From NCBI GenBank assembly GCA_038087875.1, contig CM075990.1, positions 2,916,001-2,980,000 of the forward strand: a stretch of 64,000 nucleotides of DNA. Direction: 5' to 3'. The position numbers were made by a program, and so were the translations under genes. This DNA is from Malacoraja senta (Eukaryota). The notes under the pieces were generated by a model, which was not told the DNA's origin, ran no database searches, and worked only from the letters and a program-made list of their open reading frames with translations. Below, in pieces: positions 1 to 11,968 of the stretch (its first letter is position 1; the number at the start of each line of letters is the position of its first letter).

Positions 1-240
1 ATTCAATTTGTAATAAGAAAGTTATTTGTTTCTCTCTTTCGCTGTTTAGTTCCTCGACTTTGAACGTCCAGAATACGGCGTAGATCGATTTTCTCAATGG
101 GATGAAATTCATCTTGTGTAACAACTCCAAGCTGCTGGGAGGACTCAGATCACAGCGGTGCACGTCACAGCCAAACTGCGAAGCCCCTGCTTTTCAAGCT
201 GGATTGGCCAGCTGAACGGAACTCAGAGAAAATGCTCAGA

Positions 241-408
241 GAAACAAGGAACTGCAGATGCCGGAATCCTGAGCAAAATACAAAGTGTTGGAGGAACGGA
301 AGGGATCAGGCAGCATCTTCGGAGTGAATGGTCCTGACCCGAAACGCCGCCCCTCCACTGATCCCGCCGGACCCGTTGAGTTCCTCCACAACTTGGTGTT
401 TTGCTCAG
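241..408. mobile_element. PLE pseudo-LTR inverted (palindromic) unit, diverged
   Basis: Minus arm aaggaactgcagatgc...ggcagcatc followed by plus arm gacccgaaacg...gacccgttgagttcctcca; same repeat as the 3' end of GIY-YIG PLE fragments elsewhere in the window. Confidence 0.75.
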
Positions 409-554
409 ATACCGTATACAATTGTTAATTTTAAAAGCGACACTGTCAAACTATATTAAGGAAACAACATTACTGAACACGGCGATGATCAATAAATCGT
501 TGATTTGGGGATTAATTTATTGCTGTTTTCGAACTTTTTAAAGCGTGATTTAAT

Positions 555-800
555 AGGAAACCGAGGGGTAACCTTTTTACACAAAGGATTGGAGCGTGCA
601 TTTAACACACTGCCGGAGGAGGTCGTTGAGGCAGGTACTAGCTTAACGTTTTAGAAACAATTGGACAGGTACATGGATAGGACAGGTTTAGAGGAATATG
701 GGCCAAACGCAGGCAGGTGGGACGAGTGTAGATGGGACATGTTGGGCGCTGTGGGCAAGTTGGGCCGAAGAGCCTGTTCCCACGCTGCACGACTTTATGA
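555..800 (+). mobile_element. HER1-type CR1 LINE 3' end
   Basis: gaggggtaacctttttacacaa...ggacaggtacatggatagg...gggccgaagagcctgttcccacgctg; tail is shared with the HE1 SINEs. Confidence 0.8.
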
Positions 801-1431
801 TGCTGATGTTAAAATGCGAGATAGCTGGAGAGTTTTGCATGGCATCGCATGCCCGATGGTTCCCGCACAGTGCGCCCGGAAGAGCAACAAACACTTTTGT
901 TTCCGCCCACCGAAATTCATCTCGGCAGAAACCGGACCCGTAATTTTCAACTCGTTTAACGGAATCTAGACAATTAAACGGGCTGCGTAGAAAGGAACTG
1001 CAGATAGACAGACACAAAATGCTGGAGTAACTCAGCGAGACAGGCAGCATCTCCGGAGAGAAGGAATGGGAGACGTTTCGGGTCGAGACCCTTCTTTAGC
1101 CGCTGATTTCCCTCAGCATTCGCCCAATGCTCATCTGACAACAAGAGACGGAAAGCAATATTATTTTCCTAATCTAGCAATCCACACAGTTAAACTTCAC
1201 GGGTTTTACTGACATTAGTACATCGTGGGAGAAGCAAATGACGTTGGAGAAGAATAATTTAAGAAGTTACAACGAAGTGTTTACATAGGGACAGCCGACC
1301 TATACTACAAAATTATTCCCCCACCCCCAACCACACACACATCCCATTTGTGAGAATCTTTGCACTGTAAGCTTGGAGGCTGCACCTTCCAATGTCACAG
1401 ACACATTATGTCCAACAAACACTGTGCGCTG

Positions 1432-1650
1432 TTGTGCTGAACTACTGTCCAAATATTTGATGTCCCTCGGACTATCTTTGATCGGACTTTGCTGGCTTTA
1501 CCTTGCACTAAACCTTATTCCCTGAGCGTGTATCTGGATCGATTGTTAATCATGCGCTGTCTTTCTGCTGACCGGTTCGCACGGAACAAACAAGCTTTTC
1601 ACTGTACCTCAGTACACGTGACAATAAACTCATCTAAAACTAAAAACTAA
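1432..1650 (+). mobile_element. Rex1/Babar-type LINE 3' UTR
   Basis: Matches the UTR that follows the Rex1-like ORF end at 46362-46633; ends gtgacaataaact plus ctaaa repeats. Confidence 0.7.
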
Positions 1651-3879
1651 TACAGACACGAAGTGCTAATGCAGAGTAACTCAGCGGGTCGGGCAGCATC
1701 TCGGGACAAAAACGACGGGTGGCATTTTAGGTCGAAACCATCGTCCAACAGACATTGACCACATTGAACTTCAACATTATATCTCACGCTCCTTAAAACG
1801 CATAAGCAATTCCTCCTAAATCAAAAGAAAAAGCAGCTTCCCCACCCTCAACTATTTCAATTCTGCTTAGGCGCTCAATATTTGATCAACAGTGTCCCTA
1901 GGTCAACCCCACTCATTACATTAATTTTTCCAGTGATTTCTATTCACTTACAACTATAACGGGGTCTGATATATAGCTATCGAGCGGGTGGTCCGGCGCT
2001 GTCTTTTCATATTCATTTACCTTCACATGAGAATTGAAGTTTTCATATATTTAATTCAATAACCCACGAGCGAGTGCGTGTGTGTTTCTGTGTGTGTGTG
2101 TGTGTGTGAGAGAGTGTGTTTCACGGAGAATTTCGGATGATTGCTAATTGCATTGTCCTGCCCAGGTCATTGATTTCATGTTACTGTACTGAGATTCTGC
2201 CTGACATGAAATATTAGCAGCAAAAACGCCACTCAGCTATTTAAGCATGCAACACATTGTAGATTACCGCGGTTTTTATGGCCCAGAACGGAAGATGTCA
2301 CGCATGTAGCCTATGTTACAGTAGGAAACGGCTCAACGAAGCACTTCGGTGCCAGTTCTATTTAAATGAATGTGCACAGCAGTAAAAATAGGAATGAAGA
2401 TAAATGCTCCCTGCATCAAACTTGTATGAGTTTTAAACCCCAAAGTCATAATAATTACTACTTCGATTAGTAATGACTATTTGGGTACATTCCGCGCACA
2501 CGCTGTTACCATATCAGTGCCTATTAAACCCAAGTCAATATTTAAACAGAAAAAAGAGTAAGTACAGCGAGGAATAAAGAACCAATGTGTATGCTATAAA
2601 TACCAATGTGTATGCTATAAAAAGGGTTATTTACTTGTTTATATGAGTTTAGACATTTTTGCATTATTCTTAAAACTTCGGGAATTCTGTGACTCAGTTT
2701 AGACAATTAGACCGATTAAAAAAAACATATCCTACAAGGCGACGCATTTATCACGACAGTCATTGTTCCAAAAACACGAATCACTTCCAATTATTTGTCA
2801 ATTTTGGCTTATTAATCTTAATTTGCAAACGCCGGCGTTGGATATTCATGCAATCTCTGCGTTTCAGGACATACGCCAAAGTCTTATATTCAAAAGGGGA
2901 TCTGTTCCACTGATTGCAGTAAAAAAGATTTGCAACGAGCTAAATGTTTGCATCTATATTCTATGCATCTTTTTTGGAAATTCACGAATTGACAATCGGA
3001 CGCGAAGTTCAATTTCAATCGACGTTGCCCCCAAAACCCAAAACCAGACCAATGGCCTCTTCACCGCCGGGCAGAGTGGAAACAAAAATAGTCCAAAGTA
3101 GTCCCAGGAGTAGTGAGGAAATATATAGTTGCCATAAGCCCTTTTTATGTTGAATTTCATTGCATCCCCGTTTTATTACAAAGAGATTACTTATGTTTTA
3201 TACGTTATTGGGACTGTTAATGTTCCTGCATGTAGGTTTTACAAGCCCCTCTTTGGGATTTTGTGTTCTTCCGCGTCGTTAATTTCAATGGGAGCTCGCT
3301 TTAATGGGATGGTCTCTCCAAACTGAATCTATACGTGTTGGGGGAGACAATCTATATCTCACCTGGGTTCAGGATCGCCATCACCCTCGGCGGGGCAGCT
3401 ACCCACACAATTTCCAACACATAGCACCCATACAGAACTTCTTCAGAGACCCAGTCTGAAGAAGAGTCACGACCCGAAATGTCACCCACCCTTTCTTTCC
3501 CCAGAGATGTTGCCTGACCCATTGAGTTGAGACTATATTTAGAACTCATTGTTCAGGAGAATGGGGTTAAGTGGGAGAGATAGATCAGCCATGGTTGAAT
3601 GGCGGAGTGAACTCGATGGGCCGAATGGCCTAATTCTGCTCCTAGAACTTACGAACGTATGAACTTATCACGTTTTACTTATATCTGAAGTTGTCGGGAC
3701 TTCTTTGCTTCCGAGCCACACCCGTTAAAACAATTCAACTTTTTATAAAGACCTTCTCAAAAGAAACCTTTCTAGTTTCCCGACTCTGGTGATAACTTAT
3801 AACTGTTTCTCTTCTGTAACTGACTCACCGAAAAGTGAAAATCTGCTAGCTACTCCAACAATCCTTCCTCTGTGAAGAA

Positions 3880-4080
3880 ACACGGAACTGCAGACGCTGT
3901 TTGACCAAGGAAAGACACAAACTGCAGGAGTAACTCAGCGGGTCAGGCTGCATCTCTGGAGAACGTGGACAGGTGACGTTTCGTGTTGGCACCCAGTCTA
4001 AATAAGGGTCTCGACCCGAACCGTCGTCTATCCATGTCATCCAGAGATGCTGCCTGACCCGTTGAATTACTCCAGCACTT
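3880..4080. mobile_element. PLE pseudo-LTR inverted unit
   Basis: ggagtaactcagcgggtcaggctgcatctctgga on one arm and tccagagatgctgcctgacccgttgaattactcc on the other; junction at a degenerate hammerhead core. Confidence 0.8.
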
Positions 4081-4276
4081 AGTGTGAACATCGTTATATG
4101 TTGTAATCTTCTTGCGTTATTCTTGGTCTCTTAATGAGTGAAATGCTTTGAAAAAAATAAAGACTCAACGGTGTCTGATATAAGGGCGACAGGATAGCTG
4201 TACAGAAGGAAAAGTACTGTATCACATTGAAGGGGATATTGGGTACAATTCAGAATTAAAGGATATTGGGTACAAT

Positions 4277-4575
4277 TCAGAATTAAAGGGCGTTCTTTTA
4301 GGAAGGAGATGACGAGAAATTGATTTAGTCAGAGGGTGGTGAATCTATGGAATTCTTTGCCGCAGAAGGCTGTAGAGGCCAAGTCAATGGATATCTTTAA
4401 GGCAGAGATGGATAGATTCTTGATTAGTGCGGGTGTCAGGGGTTACGGGGAGAAGGCAGGAGAATGGGTTTAGGAGAGAGAGATAGATCAGCCATGATTG
4501 AATGGCAGAGTAGACTTGATGGGCCGAATGGCCAAATTTTACTGCTATCACTTATGACCTTATCACCTTATGACA
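4277..4575 (+). mobile_element. CR1 LINE 3' fragment
   Basis: RT C-terminus (RIKGRSFRKEM..., RVVNLWNSLPQKAVEA) plus tail gggccgaatggcc...cttatgacc; 27-bp tandem duplication at its 5' junction (4234-4287). Confidence 0.85.
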
Positions 4576-6264
4576 TGACAAAACCCTCGCTTTCAGGGAA
4601 AACATCGAATATTTTTGAACCACTTTCAAGGGCACATTCAACAAGTTCCATCAAAGCCCATGTTCATTTCCAAACAAATAACCATTAGGTTTCATTGCCT
4701 TACTGACATACAGAGTTTCATGACAGAATGAAACTCTGTATGTCAGATTTACTATGTTTGGGAAGGACTGCAGATGCTGGTTTAGACTGAAGATAGACAC
4801 AAAAAGCTGGAGTAAAGGTCTCATCCCCAAAAGTCACCTATTCATTTTCTCCTGAGAGTCTGAAGAAAGGTCTCGACCCCAAAAGTCACCTATTCCTTTT
4901 CTCCAGTGATGCTGCCTGACCCGTTGAGTTACTCCAGCATTTTGTACCTATCTTCAGTGTAAACCAGCATCTGCAGTTCCTTCCTACATAATTAATAAAA
5001 ACAAGTCCAAGAGGTGTAGTTCAAGAGGTGGTCTTGGTGTTCCATTACTGAGGGAGAATTAGGGTTGTGTAGGTCAGTTTGAGAGCAAGTCCGAAAGTAG
5101 CTAATGGTGGTGGTATGGGGCTTAAGGCTTCTGTACCCTCTACCCAACAATAGCACTCAGAAGAGGGCACAGCCTGATGGTTTGGATCCTTGATTTCTTG
5201 AGGTCCTCTGAGGGAGCACTGTATGTATGTACTTATGTATGTATTGTTAGATCTATGTACCACTACATGTAGCATGTTAGTACCTGCACTGATGTAAAGC
5301 ACTTTGGTCAACAAGAGTTGTTTTTAAAATTAAAATTGACTTGACTTGACTTGATGATCGATGCCATCTAGTCATGGAACCATCCTACCTGAACTAGGGA
5401 GCGGTCCTGAACGACTATCTAGCTCATTGGTGACCCTCGGACTATCCTTGATCGGACTTTACTGGCTTTACCTTGCACTAAATGTTATTCCCTTATCATT
5501 TATCTATACACAGTCAATGGCTCGATTGTAAACATGTATTGTCTTCCCACTGACTGGATAGCACACACAAAACCTTTTCACTGAACCTCAGTACACATGA
5601 CACTAAACTAAACTAAACTAAACTAAACCTTCTTGAAGCTGCTACTTGCCTGGATGTTTTCGATGAAGGGAAGGGCTATGACTGGGATGGGCCTGGCTTT
5701 TTGTGTCTATCTTCATTATAATTACCACACTGAATTGCAAAGCTAAAGGGGGAATAATTAAACAGCAACAGTCTCGTTGTAGAAGTCCTTGCATTGTGGG
5801 GAGTGGCGCAGGTAACATTTTGTAAGGAAACCGGGCATGGTCGAGATATGGACACCCAATCAGTCACATCTTGGGATATTATCTCTGAACCCTTGTAGCT
5901 GCACAGTCTGCGTTAAATGATTAAGCAGCATCGATATCGAGTTTCAGTTAAACAGGACATGCCACATGAAACATGTTTATCTCCAGGTTAATCTGTATAT
6001 GGGATTTTTAATGAGAAATGCTGCTCTTTTCAGTATTGTGCTCTCGTGCCAGGACACCATTTAACATTTCCTTCAGCAAGGATTTTGCCAATAAAAGTGT
6101 GACCAAATGCCAAATTTACTGCAGGAGATGGAATGGGTAATTGGCAGGTAACAGTATAACCTGTGAGCCCAATTCATGGTTCTTAATTCATGGTACACCA
6201 AAAGTTAACATCAATAGATATTGTGCCTACAGCAAGGAGTTCCTGAGAGCAATTTTTTAGAAGG

Positions 6265-6690
6265 ATGATGGGAACATCATTGAAACTCGCCGAATAGTGA
6301 AAGGCTTGGATAGACTGGATGTGGTGAGGATGTTTCCACGAGTGGTAGTCTATGACCAGAGGCCCTAGCCTCAGAATTAAAGGATGTACCTTTAGAAAGG
6401 AGATGATGAGACATTTCTTTAGTCAGGGGGTAGTGAATCTGTGGAATTCATTGCAACAGGTGGGTGTGGAAGCCAAATCAATGGATACTTTAAGCCGGAG
6501 ATCGACAGATTCTTGATTATTAAGGGTGTCAGGGGTTATGGGGAGACTGCAGGAGAATGCAGTTGAGAGGGAAAGATAGATCAACCATGATTGATCATTG
6601 ATTGATAGGAGTTGATTGATAGGTTGATCATGATTGATAGTAGATGATGGGCCAAATGGCCCAATTTTGTTCCTATAACTTATGAACTTA
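6265..6690 (+). mobile_element. CR1 LINE 3' fragment
   Basis: Same family as 4277-4575 and 33340-33726. Confidence 0.8.
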
Positions 6691-6824
6691 ACTCACTGTT
6701 GGCTTCCTGTAAAGAGTCAGCTAATTGATAGCAGACCAATAAAGAATGATCTTGCATATCCAGAAACCTTTACATTCCTATAATATTCCACCATGATCCA
6801 TAAGCAGGATAATATACTTGAAGT

Positions 6825-7250
6825 AGACCTTGGCATGTCCCTAACAACTCTCACTAACTTCTACAGATGCGCCGTGGAAAGCATTTTATTGGGATGCATC
6901 ACAGCATGGTTTGGCAACAGACCATCCATCCTCCCTTCCATTGACTCCATCTACGCTCGGCAAGGCAACAGGTATAGAAGTGTGAAAATGCACACCTCCA
7001 GATTCAGGGACAGTTTCTTCCCAGCTGTTATCAGGCAACTGAACCGTCCTTTCACCGGCTAGCGAGCAGTCCTGAGCTCCCATCTACCACATTGGAGACC
7101 TTTGAGCTATCTTTAATCAGACTTTATCTTGCATTAAATGTTGTATCCTTCTGTCCACCATGGACGGCTTGATTGTAATCATATATAGTCTTTCCTTTGA
7201 CTGGATAGCACGCAACAAAAAGCTTTTCGGTAGACATAACAGTAATTAAC
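6825..7250 (+). mobile_element. Rex1/Babar-type LINE 3' fragment, internally deleted
   Basis: Encodes TLTNFYRCAVESILLGCITAWFGN...RFRDSFFPAVIRQLN, then the family 3' UTR. Confidence 0.8.
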
Positions 7251-7285
7251 TGAATGAATCAACTGGCCATGTGATTATGTGGGTC

Positions 7286-7481
7286 AATGTGGCAGCAATT
7301 TTCACAAAGCATGATTCCTCCAGCAGCTAATAAAGACAGGAGAAGATAAAATGTTTTCCTTTTGGCATGAAATGCTTGAAAGGGAATGTGGTCCAGTATG
7401 CTGGAAGAACTCCCTGTTCTGTTTTCATCCACCCAGATAGGGACGCAGGGAGGTTTTCAGCTCAACGTCTTATCTGAAAGA
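7286..7481 (-). mobile_element. Ancient Deu-domain SINE (SacSINE1-like), degraded
   Basis: Collinear blocks gtggcagcaattt, gaagaactccctgttct, catccacccaga, caacgtcttatctgaaaga resemble the reverse complement of the shark DeuSINE as I recall it; no alignment run. Confidence 0.6.
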
Positions 7482-7767
7482 ACATTGAATCTTACAATTA
7501 TAGAAAACTGCGTAAGAAAATCATCCAGCCCTTTCATCTTGTGCTGGGCTGCTAACAGAAGAAATACCTGGAGCTGGCATGCACGATCATCTCAGCAGCT
7601 TTGATGGTTTGCACATGGAGTATGGGAGAATATGTATGGGTGAGATCGACAACATATAGAATAGCGGATACCTGACAGCAATTATAATCAGATACCCATC
7701 AAATGAACAAAATTATTTATTTAAAAATGCTAATTGTATAATTGTCCAAGTAATTAAAATACATTAA

Positions 7768-8022
7768 GTGGCAGCACGGTGGCACAGCAATAGAGCTACT
7801 GCCCCACAGCCCCAGAGACCCGGGTTCGATCCTGACTATGGGTGCTGTCTGTACGGAGTTTGTACCTTCTCCCCGTGACCTGCGTGGGGTTTCTCCGCGA
7901 TCTTCGGTTTCCTCCCACACTCCAAAGACGTACAGGTTGGTAGGTTAATTTGCTTGGTATAATTGCACTGGGGATCGCTGGTCGGTTCGGACTCAGTAGG
8001 CCTGTTTCCGCGCTAAACTACA
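7768..8022 (+). mobile_element. HE1/V-SINE
   Basis: tRNA-like head (A box tggcacagcaa, B box ggttcgatcc), V-domain ggagtttgtaccttctccccgtg...ttcctcccacactccaaagac, HER1-like tail. Confidence 0.9.
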
Positions 8023-8424
8023 ATTAAACATTTACTGGGAGACCCCGAAAAAAGACACAAAGTGCTGGAGTAACTCAATGAGTCAAGCTGCATCTCTGGA
8101 GATCAATACTTTAGCGTGCTGGGAGTTTGCGCTTTTAACTCTAGAATGCATAAAATAGGTGATGGGAATAAATACCTAGCTTATAGGAGCAGAATTAGGT
8201 CATTCAGCCCATTGAGTCTACTTCTCCATTCAATCATGGCTGATCCATTTTTTCCCTCTCAACCCCATTCTCCTGCCTTCTCCCCATAACCCCCGACACC
8301 CGTACAAATCAAGTATCAGTCAATCTCCACCTTACAAATACCCAATGATCTGGCCTTCACAGCCGACTGTTTTGGGTTTGGACCCTTCCTTTGGGAATGT
8401 TATGGTCATACTGTATTTTCACCT

Positions 8425-9117
8425 TGAATTTAATCTTTTTATTTGAATTTCACGGCAATTTACATACATACAATAATAACAGACAGTAATAATCAAGGCA
8501 TAATTGTACAACAGTATGTAAGCGATCCTCAAAACCCTTACCCTTACCCACCTTCAACCCACCCAAGTCAGGTCGGAGCCAAACGGGGACAAACAACACT
8601 CACATACGTACACATCCACATACAAATGGTAGAATAGACAAAACAAAATGTGCTATATAAAAATAAAAATAGAAAAAATTAAAAATTAAAAAAAATATAT
8701 ATATATACATATATATCTAAATAAACAATTGTAGGGAGGGGGGGATTAAGGGGAAAGCAGCTGCTGTAGAACAAAACGATGATGGAGAACACTCAGTCCG
8801 AGTCCGAGTCCGGGGACAAGGTAAGAGAGTTAACCAGTTCAAAGAAAGGGTTCCATGTATCTAGGAATGTCTTGGTAGAGCCTTTGAGAGAGAACCTAAG
8901 TTTTTCAAGTTTCAGATTGTAAAGCACCTCCTTAATCCAACGGGCGTGTGTCGGGGGACAGGTGAGCCTCCAACTAAGCAAGATCAGTCTCCGGGCTAAC
9001 AAGGTTGTAAAAGCTAGGACCCGTTTCACCGCAACAGAGAGGTTGGTATTGGGAGGGGTACCGAAAATGGCTGACATTGGATTTGGAAGAATAGTCTGGT
9101 CGTAAACTCTGCTTATC
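8425..9117 (-). mobile_element. L1-clade LINE 3' end (ORF2 C-terminus plus 3' UTR)
   Basis: Minus ORF ...LARRLILLSWRLTCPP...LKLEKLRFSLKGSTKTFLDTWNPF is typical of fish L1 ORF2 ends; AATAAA near 8440; possible 7-bp TSD ttcacct (8418-8424, 9118-9124). Confidence 0.8.
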
Positions 9118-10624
9118 TTCACCTCATAATCCCTTCAAAGTGCTACCCTGAAGGAAGGAATGAATCACTAAATAAATCTAACAGGGCAATAAAATCTCAC
9201 CCAGGACTGAGATGAGACGCAGTCTAATCAAATCATTAAACAATGAAAACAAGTGGTTCTGATGATATACATGTGGTGAAATGGGAGTGAGGTATAATTT
9301 ATGAACTAATGGAGACACTCAGTAAAATACTCACATTTATGGGAAAGCATATAATAAAAATGAACTGTAGATGCTGGTTTATACCAAAGATAGAGACTAA
9401 ATGTTCAGTGGAACTCAGCAGGTCAAGCAGCATCTCTGGCCCTAGATCTCTCCATCTAAATGGAACAGGTAGAAATGTTAGCGGAGATAATTCACCAGAG
9501 ATCTTGAAGAAAAGATTTCATAAGGTCAAAAGTGATAGGAGCAGAATTAATCCATTTGACCCATCAAGCCTATTCAATCTATCTCTCCATCCTAACCCCA
9601 TTCTCCTGCCTTCTCCCCATAAACCCTGACACCCGTACGAATCAAATTCCAATTTTGGGGGGTGGTGGGAGGGAAGAAATTTATTTGCATATATCAAGGA
9701 ATGGGGCGGAAAATGATTAACAGGAGTTAAGATGGTGTTGTATAGGAAGGAACTGCAATTGCTGGTTTATACCAAAGGTCAAAGTCTGAAGAAGGCTCTC
9801 GACCCGAAACGTCACCCATTCCTTCTCTCCAGAGATGCTGCCTGTCCCGTTGAGTTAATCCAGCTCTTTGTGTCTATCTTTGGTTCAAACCAGCATCCTA
9901 CACATCAAAGCTTACAACCCTGGAAAATTAAGTAAAATGATTAACAATTTTTCTTCAGTCTGAAGAAAGGCTCCAACCCAAAATATCACTTATTCCTTTT
10001 CTCTGGAGATGCAGTCCTACCCGCTGCGTTACTCCAGCATTTTGTGTCTATCTAGGTGGGTAGTTATAATTTGGAATTTGGAGGCACAGGTATCAACATT
10101 AATTGGGTGGGGGCATATTGTGAATTGAAACTCTATGAAGGTGCAAGTGTTGATTATCAACAGGAATTGGTTGGGCACTTGGAATTGGGAGAGATGGTTG
10201 CAAGCGGGAACAATGATGGAAGTTTGCTGACTGGTATTGGGAAGGTTGTCTATCTGCAATAGCCGAGAGTGGTGATTATTTCAAGAAAAACACGAAAAAG
10301 AAAAAAAGGAAAACCCCAGAATTAACGCAGGTGTGAAAGAAGCGGAGATATATCCCACTACGCTTCCATACGCCCGCTCACCCGACCCTATCTGGGGCAA
10401 AAGTTTAAATGATTCCATTCGCGAAGCAGCATTAACAGGCAAGAACTATGGGTGACGTTTTTCAGCAGGAACTAAGAGGTGGGATCACTTATTAACAGGA
10501 ATTAAATGAGACAAACTCAGGAGAATGTAACTACATTGGGATGCTATTTTTTTTTAGACAAATTGTGCCAGTAGGCACATCAATTAAAAAACAAGTACAT
10601 TTATCAACAATTTTTAGTTTCATT

Positions 10625-11112
10625 AAGCACACCCAGGTGTCGTTGCACCTCCCGTTTCCCTAATCTGACACCATTCAGATAATAATCTGCCTTCCTGTTC
10701 TTTGCACCAAAGAGGATAACCTCACATTTATCCACATTACACTGCATCTGCCATGCATCTGCCCACTCACCCAACCTATCCAAGTCACCCTGCAGCCTCA
10801 TGGCATCCTCACCACAGCTCACACTGTCACCCAGCTTTGTGTCATCCGTAAATTTGGAGATGTCACCTTTAATTCCCTCGTTGAAAGGTACGTCCTTTTA
10901 TTCTGCGGCTATGACCTCTGGTCTTAGACTCACCCACTCAAGGAAATAGCCTCTCCACATCCACGCTATACAGTCCTGTCACTATTCTGTCTCCCCTCAT
11001 CCTTCCAAACTTCAGTGAGTACAGGTCCAATGCCGTCAAACACTCATCATATGTTAACCCAATCATCCCTGGAATCGTTCTCGTAAACCTCTGCCTCTGG
11101 ACTCTCTCCAAC
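10625..11112 (-). mobile_element. CR1 LINE fragments (two joined pieces)
   Basis: Minus ORF MRLQGDLDRLGEWADAWQMQCNVDKCEV is CR1 RT; adjoining piece from the RT C-terminus. Confidence 0.85.
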
Positions 11113-11344
11113 GTAAGGCAGCGACTCTACCACTGCACCACTGTGCCACCCTCTATTTCAGTTTGATCATGACCTCTTCCAGCCTAGTTTGGCCATGGAA
11201 TCCAAGGTTATTTGATGCTCTTAGTTGGCTGGACATGTTTGTTATTTAGTCTTTTACAGTGTTCCTTATTGCTAGCTCTGCTGCGGCTGTGATCATATCT
11301 TTATCCTCTCCCCAGTGCCACTGAAGAGGTTGACTTCCTCCAAA

Positions 11345-11672
11345 GTCAGACACAAAATGCTGGGGACATTTCGGGGTGTCAGGGGAGAGGGAGACATAGA
11401 GATATGGAAGGGTAAGGTGTGAAAACAAAAGATTAAAGGGGACAAGGTTCAAGGAAGATGTAGAATAGATCACTGTTAGCTAGGGGAAGCTGACAACGAA
11501 GCAGACAAAGATAAAATTTAATCTTACGTCTTCAGATTTAAGTCTGAAGAAGGGTCTCGACCCGAAACATCACCCATTCCTTCACTCCAGAGATGCTATC
11601 TGTCCCACTGAGTTACTCCAGCATTTTGTGTCTATCTTCGGTGTAAACCAGCATCTGCAGTTCCTTCCTGCA
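11345..11672. mobile_element. PLE 3' UTR (minus) joined to inverted pseudo-LTR (plus)
   Basis: Minus UTR ggggagagggagacatagagatatggaaggg..., then plus ctgaagaagggtctcgacccgaaac at 11544. Confidence 0.8.
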
Positions 11673-11968
11673 CATTGACTCCCTTCTCATCAGCCTTTGG
11701 TTCCATGCCTAAAGGTGCCATTATTCACCTGTGAGTTTTGACAATATGCTCTTGAGGGTTGAAGTCTCAAAAGATAACTTGCATTATTCACCACAGATGT
11801 CTCTGGTTGAATAAGGCTGTCTATTCTGTAATGATGCTGAAAGCACAGTTTCTGTGCTGTGTGCAACCAGCAAGAATGACACTGACACTCAGTGCTGAAG
11901 AGAAACATGCAAGGATATCCAGCATGATGAACACAGTCTCCTGGTGCTGACTTGTTTAAGAACAGGCA

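Noticed and set aside
50..121. Acceptor-like tract followed by FLDFERPEYGVDRFSQWDEIHLV*
   Set aside because: Short, unrecognised peptide with no supporting exon in the window; cannot be supported without RNA data.
10056..10262. 68-aa ORF with protein-like composition
   Set aside because: Its apparent acceptor comes from a pseudo-LTR tail; no family recognised and it is flanked by repeat debris.
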